The notes beneath the pieces are model-generated. The model worked only from the letters and a program-made list of their open reading frames with translations, did no database searches and was not told where the DNA came from. Made by a program: the position numbers and the translations under genes. DNA of 63,877 nucleotides, counting the filler. It is 7 parts of 7 records of this genome, joined end to end, with 100 filler letters (N's around TTAATTAATTAA, not from the genome) between each part and the next. Parts side by side here need not be neighbours in the genome. Positions count along the whole stretch, not along the records: positions 19,767 to 24,780 come from SRR20825019_1211; positions 24,881 to 45,603 come from SRR20825019_1212; 5 more parts are not named here. One strand, 5' to 3'. Positions 19,767 to 30,361 of the stretch are shown here, one piece after another. Position 1 is the first letter of the stretch; each line of letters opens with the position of its first letter.

Positions 19767-20057
19767 TATATCGTCGAGCGTGACAACCAGATCGGCTCCA
19801 AGGCTCAGCTCAAATCGCTCTATAGCGTGCCGGTTGCCGAGTTGGTGCCGGGCGAACTGGGCGGCGAATTGCCGACCGTCACCAAGACGCTGGTGCGCGA
19901 TCTGATCCCCGACCTGACCTCCACCGGCGGTTATGTGCTGGACAAGGTCGAAGGCTTTGCCATCGACGCCAGCGGGACCGGCTTTGCCGTCACCGATAAT
20001 GACGGTGTGGACGACAGCTCCGGTGAGACCATGTTCTGGTCCATCGGTACCCTTTAA
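19767..20057 (+). CDS. C-terminus of esterase-like/phytase-family beta-propeller protein
   Basis: YIVERDNQ, DKVEG, VTDNDGVDDSSGET. Confidence 0.75.
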   Translation, partial: YIVERDNQIGSKAQLKSLYSVPVAELVPGELGGELPTVTKTLVRDLIPDLTSTGGYVLDKVEGFAIDASGTGFAVTDNDGVDDSSGETMFWSIGTL

Positions 20058-20061
20058 GGTC

Positions 20062-20148
20062 CGGCCACTCGAGCCTAGCTCTCGCGGCCTTCTCTCCTAA
20101 ATTCGCTCCGCCGGAGCGAATTTGCCGGTGGCACGGGTCGAAGTCCCC
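20062..20148. repeat. Intergenic palindromic (REP/RIME-like) element
   Basis: Perfect 12-bp inverted repeat AAATTCGCTCCG-C-CGGAGCGAATTT at 20099-20123. Confidence 0.55.
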
Positions 20149-20160
20149 TTGACCTTGACG

Positions 20161-20187
20161 GCGGCCGGGCGTTTGCCCGGCCGTTTT
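20161..20187 (+). terminator. Rho-independent terminator
   Basis: CGGCCGGGC-GTTT-GCCCGGCCG followed by TTTT. Confidence 0.7.
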
Positions 20188-20275
20188 CGTATGCTCAAAA
20201 AGGGTTCAGGCGACTTGCTTGTGCGCGGCAAGTGCCTACACTCACGCCAGTTTCAGCCGGGGCAGAACAGGCACA

Positions 20276-23200
20276 GTGCTTAATCGCATCTATATCGTGG
20301 TCGGCCTCTTTGCCATTGTGGTGCTGGCCGGCGCCTTCCTTGCGCCGCGCTTCATACAATGGGGCGATTATCGTGACCGCATGGAAGTGCTGGCGACCAG
20401 CGTGCTGGGCGCTGATGTCTCGATTCGCGGCGACATCTCGTTCTCACTGCTGCCCAGCCCGCGTCTGGCGTTCTCCGATGTGATCGTTGGCGATGCCGAA
20501 GCGCCGGCCGCAACGGTTGGCGCCGTCGAGGCCGAGTTCGTGCTGATGGATTTTCTGCGCGACATCTACAATGTCACCGCACTGACCCTGGACAGTCCGG
20601 TCGTGTACCTGACGGTGGATGAGAACGGTCTGTTCGGCAGCGGCGTGGATTTGAGCGGGGCCGGCACCGGCGTGGCGCTGGAAAATGCGCGCATCACCAA
20701 TGGAAGCATCCGGCTGGAGGATCTGCGTTCGGCCGAGACGTTTGCCGCGCAGCGTATCGACGGCGAGTTGCGGCTATCGAGCTTTGTCGGACCGTTCCAA
20801 TTCCAGGGTCGGGCTGATTACAATGACACGCGCTATGAGGTCAGGTTCAACTCCGGTGCCGCAGATGCCCAGGGCAATGCGCGTGTATCGAGTTTCGTGA
20901 GCGAGGCGCTGGGCGCTTTCTCCGTGACCCTGGAGGGGGTGTTATCGGCCAGTGCGGCGCCACGCTTTGACGGGAGCCTGGCCTATCGACAGGCGCCGCC
21001 TGAGGCCGAGCGTGCCGATGATATTCGCGGCGATCTGGTGCTGGAAAGTGCGGTTACGGTTTCGACGGACCGCGTGGTGCTCTCGGGCTATACGCTGCAG
21101 CCGGATGAAAACCGGGCGGGCATGCGGCTGACCGGCGCAGCCAGCGTGCAATTGGGCCTGCGGCGCAGTTTCGATGCCGTGGTGTCAGGTGGGGTGTTCT
21201 CCCTGCCGCCGCGCGATGCCACCGAGGTGGCCAGCGAACTGCCCTATGAATTCGTGCGCATGTTGTCCGAACTGCCCGCGCCGCCCATTCCACCGATGCC
21301 GGGGCGGCTGGGTGTGGATCTGGCGGAGGTGGGCCTACGAGGCTTTGCATTGCGCGAATTGCGCGTCGACGCCACCACTGATGGCACCGACTGGACCATC
21401 GAACAGGCAATTGGCCAATTGCCGGGCGAAACTGAGATGCGGTTTTCGGGCGTGGCGTCCAATGACAATGGCGTGGTTGGCCTGAAGGGCGATGTGAGCA
21501 TTGTGGCCGCCCGGTTGGAGGCTCTGTCGCAATTGTGGAAGCGGCCGAGCGAGGATAGCCCGCTGTTCAACACACCGGGGAGCCTCGAGGGGCGGCTGAT
21601 GCTGGCGGGCGACGCGTTCGGGCTGAGCCATGGCCGGCTGACTGTGGACGGCAAGAGCCACGAACTGGAGTTGCGGCTGGGATTTGGCGCCGAGCCGCGG
21701 CTCGATACGGTGCTGGAGCTGGCCAGCCTGGATGGACGGGAAACTGCGGCCTTGCTGGCGCTGTTTCCCGACGCCGTCAATGACGTAAATTTTGCGATCA
21801 GCTTCCCCGATGGCAGCTTTTCCATCACGGCCGAACAGGCCGATGTGATGGGCCTTGCCGCCACTGACCTTGTGGCCGAAGCGCAATGGTCGCCCGAGGC
21901 GGTCCGGTTCTCGCGCCTTGCGGCTTCGGATTGGGGTGGTGTCATGCTGAGCGCGGCGCTGCGCCTGTCGGGAAATTTGAGCGATCCCCATGTTACCGGT
22001 TCGGGGCAATTGGGCGTGACCGCCGGCGATACGCCCGGGCTGCTGGCGCTTTATGAGATGGCTGGCGTGCCCTTTGGCTGGCAGGAGGGCCTGACCGGTA
22101 GCTGGCCGGCGGATCTGCAGTTTCTGATTGCCGATGCAGAGCAGGGCGCAGAGGGCGCGGCCCAGGTGCTGACGCTGAGCGGCGATCTGGCAGCGGCGGC
22201 CATCGACCTGCGCGCCGAGATGAATGGTGGCCTTTCGGGGTTGTCCACGGGCGAGCTGCGGCTGGTGGTCTCGCTGGAGGCCGAGGATGGTGAGGCGACA
22301 CTTGGCCGTCTCGGCCTGGTCGACATCCTGCTGTTCGCGGGAGACGAGCCGCTGATCGCGAGCCTGTTCTTCGAGGGCAGTGGCCCGGACGGCTTTGACG
22401 GGCGGATGGCGCTGAGCCAGGGCGGGCAGACGCTGAGCTATTTCGGCGCGTTGCGCGTGGCGCAGAGCGGTGAAATCAGCGGTGATGGCACGCTCGATGT
22501 GCTGCTCGATGATGCAAGCGGGTTAGCCAGCCTTGTTGGCGCAAGGGGCGCCAGCCTGCCCGAGGTCGAGGCCAGTGCGGCGATTTCGTTCGAGGGTGTG
22601 CGGCGGCTGACGCTGGACAATATTGCTGGGGTGACAGGAGATGCCGGGTTCGGTGGCTATCTGCAAATGCAGCGCCTGGGGCAATTGCCGAGCTATAGCG
22701 GGCAGATAAACACCGATTCCCTGGAGCTTGGCGGGCTGGCGGCGGCAATGTTCGGGCGCGATGCGCTGATCGGCGATGCGGCAGCAATCTGGCCCGAAGG
22801 GCCGCTGGCAGCCAATACCGTGCCGCGCCCGTCGCGTGGTGAGATCACGGTTTCCACCGGGGCACTGACTCATGGCGGACTGGAATTGCTGGGGGAGACC
22901 AGTTTCAATTTTGCCTGGAACCCGGAAGCCGTTTCAATCAGCCGGCTTGTCGGCGCGTTTGGTGGCGGTACGCTGCGGCTGTCCCTCGAGCAATGCTGCG
23001 CCGGTTCGCTGTCGGCGCGCACGGTGTCCGGACAGGTCACGCTGGACGGCGTGGTGCTGGACAGCATTGTGCCTGACGCGGGTGGGTGGGGCCTGTCGGG
23101 CAATCTGTTGGCCGGCCTGCAATTTGAGGGCACGGGCGAGAGTCTGGGCGAGACCGTCCGCAGCATGACGGGCGAAGGCAATTTCGCGCTTTCCGACTTC

Positions 23201-23929
23201 GTGGCGCAGGGCCTGGGCCCGTCGGTTTTTCCCGCCATTGCGGGCCTGGAAAATGTGCTGGACATGGAGGCCGATGCGCTCGAGACACTGATCGGCCTGG
23301 CCTTGTCGCAGGGGGATTTCGAGGCCGAGGAAGCGCTAGGCGCATTCACCATTGCCGGGGGCACGGTGCGCGTGGCCAATCTGATTATCGAAGGGGCCGG
23401 CGGACGGCTGGCGGGCAGCCTCAACCTGGTGCTCGATACGCTGGGGCTGGAAGGCAATTATGTGCTGACGCCCCGCGACTATGTCGATCCTGAGGGACTG
23501 GTGGAGGCCGATACGGCACGGATCATTGCGCGGGTGACCGGGACATTGCTGGCGCCGGTGGTGCGCGTCGATCTGAGCGAGATGGTGGCGGCGATCCAGG
23601 TGCGGGCGAATGAACTGGAAGTGGAGCGGCTCGAAACCCTGCGGCTCGAGGATGAAGCGCGGCAGCGCGCCGCGGCCCAGGAACGCAACAGGCTGATTGA
23701 GGAGCAGCGCCGTCGCGCCGCCGAGGAGGCCGCGCGGCAGGCCGCCGAAGAAGAAGCGCAACGGCTTGAGGAAGAACGGCTGTTGCAGGAGCAATCCGAA
23801 GGGGCCGAGCCAGAAGCCGGGGTCGAGGAGCCGGTTTCCGAACCGCTTAATCTTGGCTTTCAGCCCGGGATAAATCAGCCCATCGGCGATGGCATCAACG
23901 AGCCTATCCCGCTTTTTCCGGATCAGTAG
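20276..23929 (+). CDS. AsmA family protein
   Basis: N-terminal TM then APRFIQWGDYR..G..SFSLLPSPRL; long beta-taco-like repeats; C-terminal coiled coil. GTG start at 20276. Confidence 0.88.
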   Translation: MLNRIYIVVGLFAIVVLAGAFLAPRFIQWGDYRDRMEVLATSVLGADVSIRGDISFSLLPSPRLAFSDVIVGDAEAPAATVGAVEAEFVLMDFLRDIYNVTALTLDSPVVYLTVDENGLFGSGVDLSGAGTGVALENARITNGSIRLEDLRSAETFAAQRIDGELRLSSFVGPFQFQGRADYNDTRYEVRFNSGAADAQGNARVSSFVSEALGAFSVTLEGVLSASAAPRFDGSLAYRQAPPEAERADDIRGDLVLESAVTVSTDRVVLSGYTLQPDENRAGMRLTGAASVQLGLRRSFDAVVSGGVFSLPPRDATEVASELPYEFVRMLSELPAPPIPPMPGRLGVDLAEVGLRGFALRELRVDATTDGTDWTIEQAIGQLPGETEMRFSGVASNDNGVVGLKGDVSIVAARLEALSQLWKRPSEDSPLFNTPGSLEGRLMLAGDAFGLSHGRLTVDGKSHELELRLGFGAEPRLDTVLELASLDGRETAALLALFPDAVNDVNFAISFPDGSFSITAEQADVMGLAATDLVAEAQWSPEAVRFSRLAASDWGGVMLSAALRLSGNLSDPHVTGSGQLGVTAGDTPGLLALYEMAGVPFGWQEGLTGSWPADLQFLIADAEQGAEGAAQVLTLSGDLAAAAIDLRAEMNGGLSGLSTGELRLVVSLEAEDGEATLGRLGLVDILLFAGDEPLIASLFFEGSGPDGFDGRMALSQGGQTLSYFGALRVAQSGEISGDGTLDVLLDDASGLASLVGARGASLPEVEASAAISFEGVRRLTLDNIAGVTGDAGFGGYLQMQRLGQLPSYSGQINTDSLELGGLAAAMFGRDALIGDAAAIWPEGPLAANTVPRPSRGEITVSTGALTHGGLELLGETSFNFAWNPEAVSISRLVGAFGGGTLRLSLEQCCAGSLSARTVSGQVTLDGVVLDSIVPDAGGWGLSGNLLAGLQFEGTGESLGETVRSMTGEGNFALSDFVAQGLGPSVFPAIAGLENVLDMEADALETLIGLALSQGDFEAEEALGAFTIAGGTVRVANLIIEGAGGRLAGSLNLVLDTLGLEGNYVLTPRDYVDPEGLVEADTARIIARVTGTLLAPVVRVDLSEMVAAIQVRANELEVERLETLRLEDEARQRAAAQERNRLIEEQRRRAAEEAARQAAEEEAQRLEEERLLQEQSEGAEPEAGVEEPVSEPLNLGFQPGINQPIGDGINEPIPLFPDQ

Positions 23930-24134
23930 CGGGTTGATCCCGATACCAGGCCAAAACCGCCAGCCGCACGGCCGAAGACAGGTTTGTGGTCTGCCGGTTT
24001 TCGTCGATATCGCGCACCAGGCCGGCAAGGCTTAGCTGGCGGGCAGACGCCATGTCTTCAAGGCCACGCCAGAATTCCGGCTCAAGCGCAATGGAGGTGC
24101 GGTGACCGGCAATGGAGAAGGAGCGCTTTTCCAT
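23904..24134 (-). CDS. Ribbon-helix-helix domain protein
   Basis: KRSFSIAGHRTSIALEPEFW, NLSSAVRL. Confidence 0.9.
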   Translation of the reverse strand: MEKRSFSIAGHRTSIALEPEFWRGLEDMASARQLSLAGLVRDIDENRQTTNLSSAVRLAVLAWYRDQPATDPEKAG

Positions 24135-24148
24135 GCCTCGTCCGGTTG

Positions 24149-24637
24149 TCAGGGCTTTTTGCGGAAGGCGTCGAGGCTGACCACTTTTTCGCCGCTGCTT
24201 TCCTCGGACGCGGCCTCGCCAGACACCGCTTCGGTCGCCGCGTCGGCGCCGGCTTCTTCTGCCTCGCGATCATCTGCGGCGGTGGCAGGGTCGAACTGCA
24301 GCGCGAACTGCACCGAGGGGTCAAAGAAGCTCTTGATGGCCGCGAAGGGAATGTGCAGCATTTCGGGCTGGCCATTGAAGCTCAGGCCGACCTCGAAGGC
24401 ACTTTCGGTGACCTTGAGGTCCCAATACTGGTTCTGCAGCACGATGGTCATTTCCTTGTCGTACTGCTTGAGCAGTTCCTCGCTGATGCGGGTGCCGGGC
24501 GCGCGCGTGGCAAAGGAAATGAAGAAATGATGCTCGCCGGGCAGGCCGGTCCGCGACACTTCGGCCAGAACCTTGCGCACGACGCCGCGCAGGGCTTCCT
24601 GGGCGAGAATGTCGTATCGCATGTGGTCTTCGGCCAT
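24149..24637 (-). CDS. sspB: Alphaproteobacterial SspB ClpXP adaptor
   Basis: MRYDILAQEALRGVVR, GLPGEHHFFISF, MTIVLQNQYWDL, C-terminal VVSLDAFRKK. Confidence 0.95.
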   Translation of the reverse strand: MAEDHMRYDILAQEALRGVVRKVLAEVSRTGLPGEHHFFISFATRAPGTRISEELLKQYDKEMTIVLQNQYWDLKVTESAFEVGLSFNGQPEMLHIPFAAIKSFFDPSVQFALQFDPATAADDREAEEAGADAATEAVSGEAASEESSGEKVVSLDAFRKKP

Positions 24638-24751
24638 AATGCCCTAATCTCCTCTAGAGTTCGGATCGAATCCCGAACGGCCCATATCAGCCCTACGTTC
24701 CCATGAAATTCAAGAACAAAGGCGGCAGGAACTGCAGGCAAATGGAAATGA

Positions 24752-24780
24752 GTGCAGGCTTCTGTTGCCAGGTGCCTGCG
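24752..24780 (-). ncRNA. ssrA: 3' end of the coding piece of two-piece (permuted) alphaproteobacterial tmRNA, truncated by contig end
   Basis: Minus strand reads CGCAGGCACCTGGCAACAGAAGCCTGCAC, containing the CCTGGCAACAGAAG motif of alpha tmRNA, directly upstream of sspB (conserved synteny). Confidence 0.75.
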
Positions 24781-24880
24781 NNNNNNNNNNNNNNNNNNNN
24801 NNNNNNNNNNNNNNNNNNNNNNNNTTAATTAATTAANNNNNNNNNNNNNNNNNNNNNNNNNNNNNNNNNNNNNNNNNNNN
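24781..24880. other. Artificial contig spacer
   Basis: N run, TTAATTAATTAA, N run. Confidence 0.99.
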
Positions 24881-27001
24881 TCCTTCTTATCCTTCTTTCC
24901 CTTCTTGTGCTTTCTCGCTTTCTTTTCTCGGTTGTGTCCGCTTTCATCGATAGCCTCTCCTTCGCTCCACAAGGCCGGTCTTAATCGACCATGGTAGTCC
25001 CAGTGCTGCAACATAGTCACCTGACATGGCGCGCTCAAACCCCCACCGCATATCACGCGTTCAGACCAGCTGATCGTCGCATTGGCAGAACACATCTCCT
25101 TCACACTGACAAGGTCGTCATGCACGGCCTGTAACACAACTATCACTCCGGTCGATGCTTCGGACTTGGCACCGATCACGGTGGCACAGTCACATTGTGT
25201 TCTGTACACTTCATCTGCAATATCGACGGAATCTTCATTCCCGCCACTGGGGACCAACAACACACGCACTAAACCAATACCCCCTTGCACCATCCTGTCT
25301 ACGGCTCGCCTACTTGCATTAACGACGCCAGCTTCGCCGCCCTTCTTTCTCTTCTCAATTCTGTCGTGAAGCGCAAGGAGAATCTGGCCAAGCGCCCGTT
25401 GGTTATAAAATGCTATGCATGCGTATTAGCGTGATGACACTTACCTGGTGCTCGCTGGGAGCGGCGTGATGCTTACGAGACATTTCACGGATCATGTCCA
25501 GCCCGAGGTCCAAGCTTGTTCTACACGAGAATACCAAGGTCAAGCGACACTCTAAAGCCCCTGTAGAGTCTAGAGAGCCGGTTTGCTGTTCGTCTGCAAC
25601 CCTGCTTCTCCACAGCGTGCATACAACAGCCTGAATCAAAGGCAGCACTGCTTCGCGCTTGTCCATGTCCATAGAGAAATCGCTTATTGCTAACCTAGTC
25701 TGAATCACAAAGTGCAGAATCGTCATTCGATTGACCGCCGTTGGAATCGAGGTTTCTGGTTGATGACAATCTGCCGTGTTTTCTGACCTTGGTCTCTTCT
25801 TCTTCGATTTCCCATCCCAAGTAGTGCCATCGGCACGGCATGGTGCTCCCTTCACGAGAAAGCCCGGCACTTTGGTGGTTGAGCCTGACTCTACTGTACC
25901 CACTGAAACATTGTTCGTGGTATCGACATTGCGCTGATCGGCATGCAACCGCGCCAAGCGGCGAACTGCCGGCATGAGGACTCCGCCAGCATGGTGCCCT
26001 TGAATGGAATGTATGATCTTTGAGGTGAACTCCGCTGTCCGCCCTAAGTTTGCACCCAAGCATGTATAGCCAAGCTCCTTACACGACCTCACAACCGCTC
26101 CCTCTTCGCTCTCCGTAAGATCCCGGACTCCACCGAAGACGAATATTACAGATGACAACTGGTCCGAGGAGGATGGACCATCGCCAAGCGGCTTGCCAAA
26201 CACTGGCAGCTTCGGCACAGATGTGAGTGCGGTGATCAACGCGATACCCTTCGTCATGCTGGGCTTACCTCAAAGGGATAGTCTTCGTGCAACATGACTA
26301 CAGCAGTGGTCACGGGGTCCCGCCCTTTCAGTGCAGAGTAGATGGCAACGAAGGCCGCATCACTTGGTTCTTCCTTGGCATCTCCGGCCCTCGCCTTGCT
26401 GGGAGCATCCACGCCTTTCCATGCATAGTATGCCTTTGTCAGGGCACCCTTGCTCGTGTTCTTGAGTAGCAGGGCGGTGTTCTTGTTAAGGTGATGCTCG
26501 CGGAGAAAGTCCATAGTGCAACCTTCCTGCAGCACCCGCAGGAGCTGCCTTTTGTCCCAGCCATCAACATTTATGGCCCCGCCGGCGCCGCCGCCCCCTA
26601 CAGACTCCTGCATGGATGGTGGCTTGACGTGTTTCTTCTCGCATTTGCATCCCTCCACATAGCGGCCTGCCGAGGCGTCTCGCCAAGCCTGTATCATCGC
26701 GCGCTCCGTTGGCACAGCACATTTGCGCACAAACGGCGGAGCCATTCTGATGAGGGAGTTGTCTTCACTAAAATAGAATACGCACTCGCCTACGTCACTA
26801 TGGGGTATGCCTATGATCATAGAAATCAAACATAGCACAAGAAAATGCATAGGTCTTCCTACCTCGCTTTCGCCATAAGGATGCTGATGCTATGCGGCAG
26901 TGGGCGTCGCGGCGGCCCCACCACTGGGACTCGTCAAGACCGGGGCGAAAGCTGGAGGCGGCAGAGTCACCGTCCAGCGCCAGCAGGAACGAAATAGTCA
27001 T
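24881..27001 (-). CDS. Eukaryotic SPOUT-fold protein with two TrmY-like units; exons 27001-26863, 26810-26269, 26209-25445, 25383-<24881; 3' truncated
   Basis: Three GT-AG introns (52, 59, 61 nt) join four ORF segments in frame. Motifs GRRDAHCR, PTER, MLHED, FVFGGVRDLTESEE, NLGRTAEFTSKII. Confidence 0.72.
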
Positions 27002-27936
27002 GCAGTGATTAACTCCTCCTGCCACTGCTCTTCTTGCTTGGTGACAATGGAACAATATATGCCCATATAGGATGATCGTCCGAAAAATGGTGGCGTTTCG
27101 CCACCTTGCCGGACGCGCCTCGAGGAGCGCGCGTAGTTGTAGTGCCCCCAGCCGGACTCTGTCCGCCCGGCCGCGCCGCGAGGAGCCGGCCCCACCAGGC
27201 CGTCGTCCAGTTTTCGCCCGACGAATGAGTGAATTTATTGGTGCCGCCCGCGCGTCGCTGAGGGTCAGACCGCGGCCCCACCGTTCCGACGCGGTACGGG
27301 GACGGCCGGGCGGCCGGGCCAGCGGCCCCAGCAGGGCCGCGCCCATCGAGCTGAGCCTCCGTCCCGACTCGTCCGTCCGGCGGCTCCGCCCGCGACCCCA
27401 GGGTCCCGTCGTGGTGCCGGTGAATCGCCGGCCGCCGTGGCCTCCGAGTGGCGGCGCGGGCGGCGCCGCCGCGCCAGTCCGGTCCTCCGTGCGCTCCTCG
27501 GAGTCGTCCCGCCGGTCCGTCCGGTCGCCGGCCCCGCCGCCCGGCCCCCGGCCGGCCGGGCCCGGGGGAACTTGGAACATGACTGAAGGCACCATCGTCC
27601 CGGCCCGGGGCGGGCCGCCTCAGGCTCAGCAGGCCGGGCCGGGCCGGGCGGGGGCGCGCCGCCGATTCGCGGATCAGCCTGACTCCGGCCCCCGGCCATC
27701 TGATCGATCGGAGCCGGCGCGGCGCCCCCGCGGCGCCCGGGCCCGGCCCGGCCGGGCCGGGCCGGCCGGCGTGCTCGAGTCTCGGACAACTGAAGCGGCC
27801 TGGCCTCGCCTGAACGGAACCGGCATGGGTCCGGCTGCCGGGTTGGGCGCAGCCCATTCCTTGAGTGGACGGCGGCCTGTGAAGAACAAATAAGTAGATA
27901 TTTTAATTAATTTGAACAGGCCGCTGAGTAACCCGC

Positions 27937-30361
27937 ATGTTGGCTGTGCGCAGAGTGTTAAATGGGGTGGGAACCGCCCGGTGCGCACTTCCGGGAAATG
28001 CATTTAAACATATGGCCATCCGGGGCTTCTCTTACACTCCAGATGTTAGCTACGATAATACTAGGAATATTGGCATCATTGCGCACATCGACGCTGGAAA
28101 GACCACAACTACCGAGAGGTTCTTATATTTTTCGGGGCAAACACGTTCCATGGGAGGTTTGTGTTATATTTTTCCGGCGGAAGATATCAGTTAAAGTATT
28201 GTTTGCAGAGGTTCACGACGGCGACACGGTTATGGATTTCATGAAGCTAGAGAGGGAACGGGGTATTACAATTGGAGCTGCCGCCACCCGATTTCTCTGG
28301 AATAACCACGAAATCAACCTGGTTGACACACCTGGCCACGTCGACTTTACCGTGGAGGTTGAAAGGACCCTACGGGTGATGGACGGCGCCGTAGTCATCC
28401 TTGATGCGGTGGCGGGTGTTGAAAGCCAGACTGAGACCGTCTGGCAACAGGCGAATCGATACGAGATTCCCCGTATTGTATTCGTGAACAAGATGGACCG
28501 GGATGGTGCCGACTTCAACAGTGCTGTTGAGCAAATGAAGCAAAAACTAGATGTTGTTCCTTTAGTCGCTCAGATTCCCATGGTAGGCACTGATAAGGAT
28601 GTTGGCCTCCTGGATGTTGTCACTATGGAGGCCGTGAGCTTTACTGGCGAAGACGAGAATACAATGATACATCGCTCTACAGAAGTGCCATCGAGCCAGC
28701 TCGAAATGATGGTCAACGGCCGGCGGCAGCTGGTGGAAACCCTGGCGGATGTGGACGAAAGTGTATTTGATGCATTTATGGAGAATGACGATGGGTCGTG
28801 CTTGGAAACCTTTACTCCAGAGATGCTTGTTTCGGCAATGAGGCGTGCCGTAATATCCTCGAAAGGAAATGTTGTTGTAACGCTGGCAGGGTCGGCATTT
28901 CAAAGCCGCGGGGTACAGAACCTTCTCGATGGCATTGTGAACTACCTTCCAGCGCCATCTGAGAAGCCGCCCGTAGTGCTGACTAAGAAGGGAAATAAGC
29001 AGGAAGTACCTGTGAAGTACAGTCCTAATGAGGACCTTGTGGCACTCGCATTCAAGGTGACACATGACAACCAGCGGAATCCATTGGTCTACATACGTGT
29101 GTATTCAGGAGTACTGAGGGCGAGATCAGCTCTCTTCAACGCCACACAGCATGTGAAGGAGAAAGTGGGCAGAGCCGCTGTCGTGTCTGCAGATGACATT
29201 CAAGACGTCGACGGAATTCCTAGCGGCGGAATCGGTGTCCTCACCGGCCTGAAGCACACCCGGACTGGCGATACATTGCTTGGAGGAACTATGAAGGAGC
29301 AGATGACATTGGAGGGAATCGAGGTTATGGAACCAGTTTTCACTTGTGCCTTGATCCTCGAAGACAGTTCCAGCGAAAAGGCCCTGAAAGAAAGTCTTGC
29401 ATGCATATGTCGCGAGGACCCCACGGTGAGTATTGCATATTATTATCGAATCCTTCTAACCAAGAACGAAAGGTGCAAGTTCACGTTGATAAAGAGACAG
29501 GCCAGACGTTGCTGAGTGGGATGGGAGAGTTGCATCTTGAAGTAGTGAACCATAAGTTGACATCAGAGTACAAACTCCCTGTTACATTCGGTGATGTGAG
29601 GGTTGCGTATAGGGAGGCAATTACAAGCCATGGTACTTCGTCCGTTTCTCTTGCGGAAGATGTTCCATCAAGCGAATTCATAAAGGGCGGGACCGGCCTT
29701 ACCATGAGAGTGGAAGTGGCTCCTACATCAGAATTGGAAGAGGGAGCTCTAGTAGCAAGCAATGCCGGGAATTCGGTGCAATTTGCCGATGAGTTAGAAG
29801 TATTAGGGAGAGATGCAAAGAAACACATTCGGGAGGGTATCTCATCCGCCTTGCAACAGGGCACACTGTTAGGTTTCCAGACCATGGGTATCAACGTACA
29901 AGTTTCTGAGATTGAGGGCTGGCAGAATGCTCCAGCGATGGCGTTGTCGATGTGCTCTGCAGTTGCCGTCTCGAAGGCGATCGCGAACTCGTTCCCGGTC
30001 CTTATAGAGCCAGTGATGGATGTTGATGTTTCGATTGCGGATGAGGTAAGAAATGACTTGAGCATGATGTTAAGTGGACAGTGCGTGACTGTTATGACAG
30101 CATGTCGGTGCGGTGACAGCGGATTTATCGTCTTCCCGGCGAGGTCAAGTCAGGGGCATCAACGACAGCTTTGGCGGGCGGCGCTTGGTTCAGGCGAAGG
30201 TGCCTCTGAAGGAACTGATGGGCTATTCTACAGCCCTGCGGTCGCTTACCCGTGGGGCCGGATCTTTCTCCATGAGTGTTGGTGGTTATGCAATTATGGA
30301 CAAGCAGGCACAGCGAGCAGCCATGAAGGAGATTCGCGGGTTTGATATGGATGATTTTTAG
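27937..30361 (+). CDS. GFM2: Mitochondrial EF-G2 / ribosome-releasing factor 2; exons 27937-28156, 28209-29425, 29473-30045, 30101-30361
   Basis: [46 protein letters not shown]; basic transit peptide; GT-AG introns of 52, 47 and 55 nt restore the frame. Confidence 0.88.

Noticed and set aside
23904-23929. 26-nt convergent overlap of asmA and the RHH gene
   Set aside because: Short 3' overlaps of convergent genes are common in compact alphaproteobacterial genomes.
26798-28003. Several 170-280 aa Arg/Gly/Pro-rich ORFs
   Set aside because: Result of stop-codon scarcity in a GC island; only the part from 27001 downward is a real exon.
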